The notes: a model not told the origin generated them from the letters alone. A DNA stretch of 64,000 nt from Callorhinchus milii (GCF_018977255.1 NW_024704742.1:48300001-48364000), one strand, 5' to 3'; counted from the stretch's first letter, positions 11,207 through 24,337 are shown. Translations and numbers: made by a program.

Positions 11207-11912
11207 AACAACATGGATTTATATAGTGCCCTCCACGCCGGACGGCGTCTCAGAGCACTTTACAGTAACGGATCCCGGGGCCGAGTCAGGGGGAGGAGGA
11301 GGAAGGTGACCAAAGGCGCGGTCGAAGAGAACGGTCTTCAGCCGAGACCTGAAAATAGGAAGAGAGGAAGCGAGGCGAAGGGAGTGAGGAAGGGAATTCC
11401 AGAGCCTCGGGGCATAGTGGCTGAAGGCACGGCCGCCGAGGGTGGAGCGGAGGACTCGGGGGATGAGGAGGAGGCCAGATCCAGAGGAACGAAGGGAATG
11501 GGTACTATTTTGAGGAGAAAGGAGGTCAGAGAGGTAGGGGGAGTGCAGAGGAGTGGAGGTATTTGAATACAAGGGTGAGGATCTTGAAGTCGATCCTCTC
11601 TGGGATAGGCAGCCAGTGCAGTCTGGCAAGGACTGGGGTGATCGGGGAGCGGAGTTTGGTGCGGGTGAGAATGCGGGCGGCAGAGTTTTGAATGATTTGG
11701 ATTTTATGAATGGTAGTGGAGGGGAGACCAGCGAGGAGGGCGTTAGAATAGTCCAGCCGAGAGGTGACAAAGGCATGGACCAGGGTTTCAGCGGCTTTTG
11801 GAGAGAGGTATTGGCGGAGACGGGTGATGCATCGGAGGTGGAAGAAGGCAGTGCTGGTGAGAGACCGGATGTAAGGGGGAAGAATAATTGGGGGTTGAAC
11901 CTGACGCCTGGG
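11207..11912 (-). mobile_element. Relatively young 5'-truncated L2
   Basis: Encodes LRSSGSGLLLIPR...GGRAFSHYAPRLWNSLP...LKTVLF; many CpGs retained. Confidence 0.92.
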
Positions 11913-12014
11913 TTACTAGTCTGTCTATATCCCACGGAGCAGAATTTTTATATTGAAATTCCTAGAAGATTTTCAAAATAGATTGTCTTGGAATAAATAA
12001 CTACTCCTTACATT

Positions 12015-12275
12015 TCATATAGCTCTTTTCACATTGGAAGAACATCTCAAAGTACTTCACAAGTTGACCACCATGTGGCAGCCAATTTGTGCTCAGCAAT
12101 GTCCAACAAATAGGCACAAAATGAATGACCATTTTTATCTGGGGGATTGTTGGCCATGACATTCTCTTGGGTAGTGTCATGGGATCTTTAACGTCCACCT
12201 GACCAGCTCATCGAAAGGACAGCATCTACGACAGTGCAGCACGCCCCCAGCACTGAATTGCAGCATCAGCCCAGA
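12015..12275 (-). mobile_element. Old Deu-SINE (SacSINE1-like) fragment
   Basis: 'gtcatgggatctttaacgtccacctg...acagcatctacgacagtgcagcac' and 'gcagccaatttgtgc'. Confidence 0.7.
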
Positions 12276-12922
12276 AATTATATAACTTTTATAAAGACAA
12301 ACTTTCTGTTTATTTCTAAAGTTGCTGAAACTAAAATCAAAGGAACATGTGTCACCACCATGTAACAAATCAATTTATAAAGTATTAATAGAAAGTAAAT
12401 AGGAAGATGGAAAAACAAAAAGTACTTACAGAATTTTAGTCAGACAGCTAACTTGGGTGTTTCAAAAAGGTTCAAAAACATACAGTGGTTCCACTGCTAG
12501 ACCAGCTGAGATCAGAAGGGACACTTCCTTCTCTGTATAACTCAAGTCCTGTATCACGTGGGATTTGTAACCACTCTATGTTAACAGCTAACCCTAAAGA
12601 TAGTTTTTCGCACACTACCGTGCTCGAAGCGAAAATCTTCAGTCAAGAATTGTGTGCGTTTCAGAATATCTCAGTGCAAAGCTTTTTTGAAACTACTGAG
12701 TAACTATATGTAGGTCAGGGACTGCTCCATCAAGAATGGCACAGTTCAACAGACCCTCATAGAGTATTCCTCTCACTCTGGCTAAGAAAAATAAAGTTCC
12801 TGAGATCTTAAGGCAAGCTGGCTCTACTAGGTAGAAGGTGAAACCACCACCCAAGCTGAAAAGTTTTGCTGATGGGTGCAAGATATCAAAGAGCCTTCGC
12901 AGAAAGTAGGAGACTTTGCTCA

Positions 12923-12984
12923 GGTCCAAGCCTGTTGTGAGGTTGTAGACACAGCAATCTACAACCTCACCACAGGCTTGGACC
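12923..12984. ncRNA. Near-perfect 62-nt hairpin (pre-miRNA-like candidate)
   Basis: 27-bp arms with 26/27 complementarity and an 8-nt loop, in unique sequence. The hairpin is certain; RNA function is not. Confidence 0.3.
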
Positions 12985-13270
12985 ATGTCACCCTCAACCT
13001 TATCAGCTCATTGGAAAAAAGTACACAATAATTACTGCCAGGAGAGACCATGTGATGCTTATAAAATCTCCCACTTCAACGTTCTGTATGGGAAACACTG
13101 CTAACCTTCTCATAATCTCAAGGAAGATGAAGATATTTTCTTTGTCTTAGCTCAAGAACCATCAGGAGCTCCAGCTAACCATATAGTTACAGTCAAGAAA
13201 GCTTTGCACTCCCATGTTCTGAAACAGAACACACCTTTTTATAGTTTTAGAGCAAAATATTGTGCTACTA

Positions 13271-13476
13271 GGTGTGAAATTCCACCTGGATCTAGATTTA
13301 CACTGATTTTATAGTATTTCAAAGCATCCAGAATTTGGTAAATTATTAAATACAGCTTTACTAATTACAGAAATGGAACTCAAAAGTTAAGCCGGAATTC
13401 AACAATTTGGCAAATCCTGGATGCTCTGAAAAGCTATAAAATTAGCACAAATCTAGACCCAAGTTGAATTTCTCCC
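13271..13476. mobile_element. Foldback MITE with ~80-bp inverted arms
   Basis: 'gtgaaattccacctggatctagatttacactgattttatag' pairs with 'ctataaaattagcacaaatctagacccaagttgaatttctccc'. Confidence 0.75.
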
Positions 13477-14611
13477 AAACACATCTCCACAGTTCTTAAC
13501 AAATTTGGGGGGAAAGTTGACTGGTGTTTTATGATGCTTAACTTTTATTAAAAAGACTTCAAGTTTAGGTTTCCCTGGTGGATTTCAACATAATTTGTGA
13601 TGTATTTTAACAAGATTACTATAACAATAATCCTTGCATTTAATGAGGTCATTAAATGTGTCAAAGCACTTCACAGAATTTACTGTAAAATATAGTGACT
13701 GTGTATTTGTAGGCTTTAATAAGATATCCCATTGAATTCCTGTCAATCTGTGGGAGGTTAGCTCTGGAAGTAGACTTGGAAATGGACGTTGTGGTCATTA
13801 TAGCGTATATATGGTTATTAGATGGAGTTCCCATTTGTGCAACTTGGATTCCATATTAAAGAATCCTTTTAAGAAATTCTGTAAATTAATTCTGGTTGTT
13901 GCATTAACAATGTGCAATGTTCTTCCTGCTCAATAGAGGGTGCAGATAGTAGTTGCAGGATAGTGACAAGAAGGGTTAATGAAATAGAATTTTGTGCGTC
14001 TATTAAAATGGAATATGCTATTTTCTTCCTAGTGGTGGATAGTAGTCACTGCGTGCACTGTTGAAAACTGCAATTAAATTCCCTACTTGCTGCTGGAAGC
14101 TAAATAAAATGGAATACAATATTCCTCTGTGCCTGAGGCTTTCTGAACAAATGTTTAGTCATGAGCGGTTACAAAGTAGTAAATCTGTGCAGGGTGCTAC
14201 AGCTTTGGCAGAGTGTGCTGAGAATTCAGAGAGAGCACTGCTTGGAGTTAATCATTCATAACTGACTATAATATAATTTAAGACCTACTTGCCACTGATA
14301 CAGGACATGGTTTTGAGTATACAATCTCTTAAGTCCACCAAAATAACATCGGCACTGAATTACTCTACTTGATTGTTTGAGATATGGCATGCACATAAGA
14401 ACTATAAATATTACCACTAACGATCACATCTATAAACTAAAATCAACTTTCTAATATATTACCATTGGGTAATTAACAAATCATTTCACCCGCTCTTCTA
14501 TTACTTATCTTGCACTGAATTCCCATCTGAAAATTAAAATGATTCAAATAATTTTAATTTGCACAATATTATAATGTCTTATGATATATTGCAACATATG
14601 ATTGAAATGAA

Positions 14612-14995
14612 TAGAACAATAGAACCATAGAAATTGATGACACAGAAAAACGTGATTCGGCCTATTGTGTGTGTGCTCCCTCAAGAGTAACCCTTTCAGT
14701 CACATTTACCAGCTCTTTCCCTATACCATGTACCTGTCTCTTTCTAAGGTATTTGTCTAGTTCTCTTCTGAAGGCCAATATGGATTCTGCTTCAACTACT
14801 GATCCCGGCAGGGCATTCTATATCTTATCTACTTAAATTGATGTTCTCTAGTTACTGACTCACCAAACAGTGGAAACCAATTCTCCCTTTTGACTCTATA
14901 AACACCCCCCTCAGAATTTTGAAGACCTCTATCAGGTCACCCTTCAACCTTCATGTTCTAGCGGAAGAAGTCCCAGTTCCTCCAGTCTCTGCTCA
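14612..14995 (-). mobile_element. Degenerate CR1 3' end
   Basis: 'atagaacaatagaaccatagaa' tail; 'acctctatcaggtcacccttcaacctt'. Confidence 0.75.
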
Positions 14996-15489
14996 TCTTT
15001 TTTTAATTCGATGTTAGAATAGGATGGTAAATAGATATACTGGATTATGGTTTAATATATGGTAATTCTTAATGGGATTCCTTAACTAGGAATCTAAACC
15101 CAGCCTCCTTCCTGGAAGTAGAAATGAGGCCTACTGACTCATGAGATGTAATGCTCCAACATGTTCTAGCTCCAAAAAGGGATTCTCGCAGGACAACAGG
15201 AATTGCAATCGGATTCCTTAATTAGGCATTGGGTTAAGGAATAGCATGAGATCCCATTCTGCTGTAGATGTGCAAAAACGGAAAGAAGGGCTGTAAATCA
15301 AGCCTATTCTCCATGTAACAGAAAAAGATGAATATTGAGATGTCCTGATCATAATATGTTTGACAGATTGCAACCATCTCCTGTGTGCTGGAAGATTGAT
15401 TCCATTGACAAATAATAAAACAGTAAAACAGTGCTAGAGATAATGATGCTTGTTGGGTTTCATTTCACTTATGGATTAATAATAATAAG

Positions 15490-15922
15490 TACTCCTTCCA
15501 TTTGATATAGCAACTATATAGTTGAAGCATCTCAAAGCGATCATTTATAATTTATAACAGATAATTATTTCCAGCTTTGATGACTATTTTTGTAGGCAAA
15601 TATGGCAGTCAGTTTACACACAGCAAGTTCCAGCTGTGACATGAAGGATCAATTAATCTGGAAGATTGTTGGCAAGAAATTCCCTTAATTTTTTCAAACA
15701 GTGTTGTGTAAGCTTTTAGTGTCATAGACTGTTTAATGCCTACATGAAAAATTAGAGGTAAACTTGGTGTAACGTCTCATCAATAGGGCAGCACCTCTAA
15801 CAATGCAGCACTCTTCCAGTACTGCACTGGAGCTTCTGCCCGGACTATGACCTCAAGTCCCAAAATAGACTTGAATCCAAAATCTCCTTATATGGAGGTG
15901 AGCAGTTACTGAGCCAAGCAGG
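15490..15922 (-). mobile_element. Old Deu-SINE
   Basis: 'cagcacctctaacaatgcagcactc...actgcactgga' and head 'ctgagccaag'. Confidence 0.65.
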
Positions 15923-16023
15923 TTAATTCACATATACTATATCCAGAGGATCAGCTCTGATTGTAAACATGTACGAGATTTGATGATTGGGGTGCACACA
16001 GCCACTGCAGCTTCTCAAACGAT

Positions 16024-16396
16024 TAATAATAATAATCCTTGCATTCAACATAGCGCCTTATCACGTCGTTGAAATGTCTCAAAGCGCTTCACAGAATATA
16101 CCGTAAAGTGGATTGACTATATATTTTGTGGACAAAATGTGGCAGCTAATTGCACAAGGCAGTGTCCCACAAACAATCGTGCATTGAGTAACTAAATTAT
16201 TAATTATTCTTTTTTTTGAAGGGATTATTACCCCAGGAAAGTGATCTGCCAATTGGCTAACAACCGGTTTCCTACTTACACTAGGTGAACAGAGGCCTGT
16301 GGAGTCAGGAAACTTGCCCTTGCCCTAAGGTTTCACCCTGCCTGGGGTCCTCTCGCTTGCGAGGCGAGTGCTCTAACCAATACTCTACATGACTAC
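16024..16396 (-). mobile_element. Full-length SINE, long variant
   Basis: Reverse complement of the 2728-3140 element from head to (AAT)n tail. Confidence 0.9.
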
Positions 16397-16928
16397 AGCA
16401 TTTAAATCAAATGTTTAGCTAAGTTTATGTACTGTACATTTTCACGTCACTAATATCTAGCCAGAGAATCAGAGACAGTGTGACAGACCTACTCCACTCC
16501 AATTATTTTCCACTGAGAACTGCATTTGCAGTCTGAGTTCAGAGAGTCAATCACCTCTATCACCAATGTGAACACTGCTGGAGATGTAAATTTACTGCAG
16601 AGCCAATCCATGGTCAAATGGACTGAATAGAGATGTTACACTTACAGCTCCCTGCTTCAGAATGTAGTCTCTCAATCTGACTGACACTCCTGGCCCACTC
16701 AGCTATGTGGGTGTCTTGGATGAAAAACCAGCTCAACAACATTTCAGTTAGAGTGAAATTAACCTGTCATCTGATTAACTGCACATTTAGTACAAAACAA
16801 TGAAACATGCAGAAAACATGTTGAAATACGCTTGTTCACCATCATTGTACTGGATGTACCATGACTGCTCTGTAATGCTATCTTTGGGAGACAGTTAGAG
16901 GGGCAATAACAGGGAGGATAGATGAGGG

Positions 16929-17434
16929 AGATCCTCCAGAACTCCTCAGACCACCTCCTCTCCCGCACCAGGCTCCGTGACTCTATCAACCCCATCCTCA
17001 CCTGACTCCACTGGCTTCCCATCACACAGAGGATACAGTTCAAGATCCTGGTCCTCAACTTCAAAGCCCTCCACAGTCTTGCTTCCCCCTACATCTGCGA
17101 CCTCCTAACCCCCTACCATTCTGCTCGCTCCGCTTAGTGGGCTCCAGCCTGCTTCACGTTCCCCACCTCGCTCGCCCCACTATCGGCGGGTGGGCCTTCT
17201 GCTACTCTGCTCCCACCCTCTGGAACTCCATCCCGCAGTCCCTCCATCTCGCCCCCTCCCTTACCGCCTTCAAGACCCATCTCAAGACCCTCCTTTTTGA
17301 CCGTGCTTTCGATCTCCCTGCTCCCCCCCCTGTCCTCCCCCCTCCCCGACCCCAAACCTCAGCTCGGGTGCGAAACGTTGTCTGTCCAGCGCCTTGGGTT
17401 CGGCATTATACAATGTAATTTTGTTGTTGTTGTT
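16929..17434 (+). mobile_element. 5'-truncated L2
   Basis: LHWLP-coding 'ctccactggcttccc'; IGGWAFCYSAPTLWNSIP...LKTLLFD; (TTG)n tail. Confidence 0.92.
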
Positions 17435-18326
17435 CTAAACAGTTTAATACATGTTAAGTGGATTAAAAATTTTACTGTGTGAGAGACATATATAACCACC
17501 AAATCATAAGGATATCACCCCAGCATCACATGCATAGTTGACAGACCCAGAAGTGAATTGTGCAAGGCCAGAGCACAAAACTGGTTGAATATTATAGAGT
17601 TTTTTCACAATATCTTTCATGAAATGGGAAGTATTATCAATGTGGAATTTCCCCTCAAGCGTTGAAGTTATGGATAGGAGAGGTTTTACATGACTTGTGG
17701 GTTTGATGGTCTGAATGGCGTTTCGTTATTTCATTCTTTTTCTTGACATTATCTGACTAGCAGGACTGCCGAAGCAAGCTGGGCCAATTTTAAGAGCCTT
17801 CAAAGTAGTTTTTTATTATTCACAAAATATTTTTTCTGTTAAAAGAAAACCACAAGAAATGTTTTTTGGTGGTGGTGGTGGGTCTGGCGGGCGGGCAGGA
17901 GTGGAATTTAACACAAAACGAAACCCTGGGAAAAATTCAAACTCCTCTCACTTCATAGTCAGACAAGGCTTTGGTGAGGGTTAACGGACACAGCTCTTGG
18001 GAAGAATTGTAAGGCAGATTTTGCTGAGGATTACTGGAAATGGCTAATGGAGAGACAAGTTTTCCATGCACAAATTCACGGACGCCAAATATACACCGAA
18101 TTTTGAACTTAAATATTAAATTCAAATGAATTTTTTTTTGCCATTTGAGTTTCACTAAAAAAGGGTATTTATTGGTGAAAATTGTTAAGTAAAATATTTT
18201 AGCCAGTGTTCGCACTTGAACTTGCCATCCAACAATTTATGCTGGAAAATGTAAGTGTGTGGATGTTGGGCTCTGACAGAATTGAGTTGTTGTGTTGCCC
18301 CCTGTGGGTGATTGACAAAAATGCTG

Positions 18327-19550
18327 ACAACAATAACAACAGCAACAACAACAAAATGACATTTGTATAGAGCCTTTCACGTCAGGAGGATGTGCTAAGG
18401 CGCTGGACAGTCAGAGTTTCAGACCCGAGTTGGGGGTCGGGATCGGGGAGGGTGGAGGGCAGAGGGTTAAGCAGAGTGATCAAAGGCGCGGTCGAAGAAG
18501 AGGGTCTTGAGATGGGTCTTGAAGGAGGCAAGGGAGGGGGTGCGGCGGAGGGACTGCGGCATGCAGTTCCAGAGGGTGGGGGCAGAGTGACAGAAGGCCT
18601 ACCTGCCAATGATGGGGTGGGTAAGGTGGGCGACATGAAGCAGGCAGGAGCCCGCTGAGCTGAGGGAGCGGGCTGAATGGTAGGGGTTTAGGAGGTCGAA
18701 GAGGTAGGTGGGAGCAAGACCATGGAGGGCTTTGAAGGTGAGGACCAGGATCTTGAACTGTATCCTCTGTGTGATGGGAAGCCAGTGGAGTCAGGCAAGG
18801 ATGGAGATGATAGGGTCAAGGAGCCTGGTGCGGGAATGGACACGGGCTGCAGAGTTCTGGATGATCTGCAGCCTATGGAGGGAGGAGTTGGGGAGGCCGA
18901 CACCAAGTAGTATGCAGTCAAGCTGCGCTGTAATGAATGCGTATATGAGGGTTTCGGCAGCCTGTGGTGTGAGACAGTGGCCGAGCTGGGTGATGGTGCA
19001 GAGGTGGGGGAAGGCAGAGTGTGTCATGGCACAGATGTGGGGTAGAAAGGATAGTTGATGGTCAAACAAGACCCCAAGTTTCCAGACTGGCTTAGCAAGG
19101 TGGCGTGTGCAACCATGGATGCTGATGCTGTCAGTGCCTGAAGTGAGGAGGCGCTGAAAGGAGCCAATCAGGAGAGCCTCGGTCTTGTTGACATTAAACT
19201 AAAGAAGGTTAACTCTAATCCAGGACTTGACATTCTCTCAGGGCAGCAGTGTCCTGGAGTCAAGGGTGGAGGCAGAGAGCTAGAGTTGGGTGTCATCCGC
19301 ATACATGTGGAAGTTGATCCCATTCTGCGTAATGATGTCACCAAGAAGGAGCATATAGATGTTGAAAAGGAGGGGACCAAAGACAGAGCCCTAAGGAACA
19401 TCGTAAGTGATGGTTCGGGAGCTAGAGGAGAAGCCATTTGTGGAGATTAAGTGGAGGTGGTGTGAGAGGTATGATCTGAACCAGTCAAGAACAGAGCCAT
19501 GAAGGTTGAGATGAGAGGAGAAGCGGTGGATGAGGATAGAGTGGTCAACC
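18327..19550 (-). mobile_element. Longest L2 copy (~1.2 kb), reaching the reverse transcriptase domain; pseudogenised
   Basis: FHMYADDT (YADD at 19303-19292); VPQGSV motif with a TAG stop at 19393-19391; (CAA)n tail at 18327. Confidence 0.93.
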
Positions 19551-20279
19551 GATTATCCTCCAAGATTACCAGTGGCTGTTTGACACTTGAGGTTAATTTC
19601 AATGGAATTGGGTACATTTTCCTACCAACCAAATGGCTAATCTTTCCCTCTGTGTAACAGAGTTATTAACTTTGGATATGCTTGCATTGCGTTGGTAGTT
19701 ACACATTTTGTATTGAGTGCAACCTTCTATGAAAGCAACCAGTAGTAGTGTCTTTATAAGACGCCGATGAGATTTTATGATGGAACTCAACCAAAACAAA
19801 TTCCCTGAAAAAAATGTTTGTTATTGCAGGAACAAAGTCCACTGAGCAGATATTTACATCCTGTATTTGTTTTAATTTTTCAGCTCCAAGGGCCTAGTGT
19901 GCCTGCAGCGTGATAGAGGATTTTTCATCAACATCACCACCACTGAACCCGCCAGGAGGAGTGAGAGGAATAAAACTAGGAAGTGGCAGGATCAATTTTG
20001 CGATCCTTCTTAACGGAATTTCTTATTCAAGAAATCCGAGTGTTGACTCTGCACTGAAAACAGATTGAATTGAAGCACCGCAAGTCCTGATTCAGTTGGG
20101 CCAGTTGTTCAGGTCATAGCATCGGTTTACACAACGGCTATACGTTATGGAAACAGACCGTTCAGCCCAACTAGTCTGTGCCAGTGTTTATACTGCATGT
20201 GAGCCTCTAGCCCTCCTACTCCTCTCAACTATAGCCCTCTATTCCCTTCTCCCTCATGAGTGTGTATGAGAAGCTGTAT

Positions 20280-20400
20280 GAGTCCCTTAGCTTAGTGGTT
20301 AGAGCGCTCGCCTCACAAGTGAGAAGACCTGGGTTTGATTCCCAAGTAGGGCGAAAGGTTGCGCAAATTGCCTTACTCCACACATCTATGTTTACCTACC
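20280..20400 (+). mobile_element. SINE 5' head only, following a minus-strand CR1 3' remnant (20120-20260)
   Basis: 'tagcttagtggttagagcgctcgcctcacaagtgag...ggtttgattccc'. Confidence 0.8.
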
Positions 20401-21269
20401 ATATTGCTCTTTAATAAGTGTTATGGTTGGTAATCATTCTCTGTGGAAATCTTTGTGTATAAACTGATTCAGGGCCCAGGCTTCCTGTGGTACTGTATGA
20501 ACAGGTAAAATAATGTAGTGAGAGTAAGTGCGCTCAAGTTAAAGGACAACATCCTCTTCAAGCAAACACAAATTTTATTCCTCCAAATTGAAGAGACCGC
20601 ATGCTCAGGGCACTTCTCCCCTAGGACTTTCTCTCACTTCCTTAAGTGACAAACAGGCCTTTAGCCTTAAGGGAACCATTGGTACCCCCTTAACTCAGCC
20701 ATTCACCCGCTTCACACATGGGGCACCTGGTGCTCACCTCTAAGGGAGGAGTACTACTATAATAATAATTACTAGCCGGTGCTCTTAGCGAGGTCAGGTC
20801 AGCGACATTCCTCTGCTAATACGAGGACCCATAGGCTTCAAGCTTTCTCTCAAGCCCTCAGAGGTGGGTGCTGAGATGGCTCTACTGTGCTGGTTGGTCA
20901 GAGTCTAATGTCAGTCCATGGCTCCTAAAACACTCATTGCACCAGAACTCAGCACACTATTGTATTCTTCCTATCATATGACTGTAATATATTCCTATAA
21001 TTGTACTGCTGCGTTTGCCTACAAATACATAGTCACTGCATCCTACATTTCACAGTAAATCCTATGAAACGCTTTGAGACGTCCTTCTGATAATAAAAGC
21101 GCTATACCAAATGAAAGGCTTATGATTATTATTATTATCAATGGGAACATTGAGGGAAGAAACAGGAATGAATCCAACCAGCATGTTTGCTTTTGGAACA
21201 AACATATTCATGTAGTATCTCTGGAGCTACTTCATAGGGGTGGAGGAGGGGAATAAACAGGTAGCACAG

Positions 21270-21515
21270 AGTCCAGGCTGATGATACAATTCACACAGCC
21301 TGAGCCTGGAGGGGGAGCTGAGGGGGGGAAGAGAGAAAGTTGACCAAAGGCATGGTCAGAAAGATAAGTCTTAGGGACGATTTTGAAGGCAAAGAGTGGG
21401 GGTGAGCAAGACAGAGGGAGTCCGAAATTAAGTTTCAGAGTGAAAGCTAAGCGCAGTATCAAAAAGCTCGCCCACTAATGGTGGAGAGGACTGGGTGGGG
21501 GACATGAAGCAGGCC
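21270..21515 (-). mobile_element. Degenerate L2 3' fragment
   Basis: 'gcatggtcagaaagataagtctt' and 'ggggacatgaagcaggcc'. Confidence 0.65.
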
Positions 21516-22043
21516 TGTTTTATTATTTTATTGTATTTTATTGTATTTTTATAACAGCCTGTTCTCATAAAAGGAAACTATTCACCCTTTAACACTGACA
21601 TTGGACCTGTCAGAGCAAGAACAGTGAGATCAGACCATACCACAGAAATAACCAATGCTTTCCCAGCCCCCTCAGCTCCCACTCCCAGCTTGGGTGTGAA
21701 CCCAGTATTGTTAAGTGCCTTGGGACATCTTTACAGTATATCCTGTGAAGTGCTTTGAGACGGATCAACGATGTAATAAAGTGCTATATCAAATGCAAGG
21801 ATTATTATTTTTATTTTATTCAGACTCAGATTTCTACTATCGTCCATTTTACACTGGTGAAGCTGCTGCCTCAACTGCACAGCAGGCAGTCCTTTTTGTT
21901 GTTCAGGTCAGAATTTCCTGACAACCACATGCCTCTCTAAATCAACCACACCTTACCATACTTAGCAACCACTTGCTGTAACAGATATATCAGAAATAAC
22001 TGCTTGCTGTGCCTCCATCTCAGCTTCTCAGGTTATACATTAT

Positions 22044-22170
22044 TCATAGAATTATATAGCACAGAAGGAGGCCATTCGACCCATCGTGTCTGTGCCGGCT
22101 CTTTGAAAAGAGCTATCCAAATCAATCCCACTCCCCCGCTCTCTTCCCATAGCCCTGCAAACTTGTCCTC
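22044..22170 (-). mobile_element. CR1 3' UTR fragment
   Basis: Reverse complement of 4645-4760 ('catagaattatatagcacagaaggaggccattcgacccatcgtgtctgtgcc'). Confidence 0.88.
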
Positions 22171-22408
22171 CCCATTATTGCGTCCAAAGCAATGTATTGT
22201 ATAAAGCTGCCAAATTAAAAGTAACAGAATAATATGGAGGTTCGGGGAGTCACAGAAACACAAACTTGGTTTGGTTGCTCCAATTCTAGTCTGGTAATAA
22301 AATCCTCCCTATGTTACCTCTTAAACCAGTGAACTGGTTTTCTCAAGATGGGGGCATTGAGGGAAGGAAACTGATTGCTGTGAATGGATGGAACGTGATT
22401 GCTTTGGG

Positions 22409-22701
22409 AATAATAATAATAATAATCCTTACATTTGATATAGCGCTTTTCACGTCGGGAGGACGTCCCAAAGCGCTTCACAGAACACACTGTAAAGTGA
22501 ATTGACTGTATATTTGTGGGTGAACGCGGTAGCCAATTGCGCACAGCAATGTCCCACAAACAGTCGTAGATTGAAATTGACCAAGTTAATTATTAGGCGT
22601 GTGGAGTAAGGAAACTTGCCCAAGGTTTTGCCCTGCCTGGAATCGAACTCAGGTCTCTCACTTGCAAAGCGAGTGCTCTAATCACTGAGCTACAGGACTC
22701 C
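22409..22701 (-). mobile_element. Full-length SINE, short variant
   Basis: Head ends 'ctgagctacaggactcc'; lacks the internal segment of the long variant. Confidence 0.9.
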
Positions 22702-22713
22702 ACAAATGGAATA

Positions 22714-23070
22714 CCACTCCTATGTTATCCTCCGTTCCTCTGGCTCCGGTCTGCTCCACATCCCCCGCCCCAACCGCCCTACCATCGGTGGCCGGGCCTT
22801 CAGCCTCTCAGCCCCGAGGCTCTGGAACTCCATCCCCCAGTGCCTTCGCCGCCTCCTCCCTTTCCTCCTTCAAGGCCGGTCTCAAGACCTTTCTCTTTGA
22901 TGGTGCCTTCAGCTCCCCTCTCGACTCTCTACCCCCTCCTCGCTCCCTCCCTTCCCTCTCCTCACCCTGACCATTTCCCCCCTGCTCGGGGGGAAAACTG
23001 TCCAGCGCCTTGGGACTTCCTCCCGACGTGAAAGGCGCTCTATAAATGAAACCTTGTTGTTGTTGTTGTT
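22714..23070 (+). mobile_element. L2 3' fragment, near-identical to part of 51988-52451
   Basis: LRSSGSGLLHIPRPNRPTIGGRAFSLSAPRLWNSIP; (TTG)n tail. Confidence 0.92.
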
Positions 23071-23778
23071 CTGTAGCTGACGGATTTTATCGTGTGGGTG
23101 AGTGTGCAGCAATAACCACATGGGAAGAAAATCTTTACAATCAGGTATCTGTGCCAATGGTGATCCCAGCATATCAGCACCCCCCCCACCCCCACCATGG
23201 TGTGCAAGCTTTCACGTCTCATTAATTTGAATGGCAGAAGCCAGTGCAGCATTACACTTCAACATGATTTTGTTTACACACAGGCTTGGTGGTTGACCTG
23301 CATAAGCGAGAAGCCATATAGTCAATGCAACCCTGAATTCTTTAGACAGTTACACCCCTCCCTCCATGTTGTTACACATTCTGCCTCTTAACACAGCGGA
23401 ACACACAAAGATCGACTCTTTTAAGACTGACTGCTTTACACTTGCAAGCCTAATGCCATCTATCAAACAGATCAAGATCATTTTTATATATTTTTAAAAA
23501 AATACACTCAAGGTTAATCCTGGCTCACAACTGCGTTCCCAGTAACACTGTCGGTGAATGTAATGAACAACTGGGATGTGTTTGCAAACAGGAGCTGTTT
23601 AAGAATAAAAGTTTGTGAAATGTACCTGCACTGTGAGCCACTACAGCCAGCCAGGCAGCTGCTCTCTGCTCACTCCCCACCTCAGTATCGCTGGCAGCAT
23701 TGAAATCACTCGTTTTACTTTGAAATACTTTTAAACGTCGACTCAGTGTCTGTCTAGAATCAAAGCAGCTTTGCAAAG

Positions 23779-24260
23779 GAGGAAGTAAATTGAAATCTCA
23801 GGAATCAGGAAGCGTTAGAGAAAGTGCTAACTCTGGTGTAAGACCATCACTTGCTATCTGCTTTGCTATTTACTTGGCTTGCTCAGACCTTTAGCCTGTT
23901 TGGGTTGATCTGCACTGTAGACACCACAGCCAGTGCAGTGAGTGTGAGCATGAGAGCAATATGGGGGTTTGCAGAGTGTTGTCATTGTGAGCTGAGCTGG
24001 GGAAAGATCCGGGATTAAGAAATTTTCACTTCCTCAAAAGTCCAGCTCCACTGCATGAACTTTATTGACATTTTAGAGACTGATCCGCCTTCAGACAGTC
24101 AGCAACCCCAAAACAAAGTCAGATCAGATCTGAATTGCGCCAGCTCCAACAGGATCCATTAGTCCCACCTGCAACATGTCCACCAACTGGTTAAAACGAG
24201 TCCCCACCAGCAGCCCAGCCTTGCCCAGCACAGTGGTGCAGGTATGAACACCACATAACT
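23779..24260. promoter_or_regulatory. ETS/PU.1-IRF/RUNX motif cluster
   Basis: TTTCACTTCC 24024-24033 (reverse complement GGAAGTGAAA, EICE consensus); GAGGAAGT 23779-23786; ACCACA ~23924 and ~24252; repeat-free. Confidence 0.35.
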
Positions 24261-24337
24261 CGCACACGAATATGTTCCAATGCTTGATTCAAGTGCTCAT
24301 ATCTCCAACCTAACTGAGTCCTGTACAGGGCGTGCAG

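Noticed and set aside
12950..12969. let-7-like sequence TGAGGTTGTAGATTG on the minus strand of the hairpin
   Set aside because: Seed mismatch, divergent 3' half, and it runs into the loop, unlike a let-7 precursor.
16515..16535. miR-146-like TGAGAACTG
   Set aside because: Only the first 9 nt match and there is no convincing precursor stem.
20514..20932. Solo LTR (TG...CA ends, minus-strand AATAAA at ~20575)
   Set aside because: No matching target-site duplication or clear TATA box; cannot be supported without a database search.
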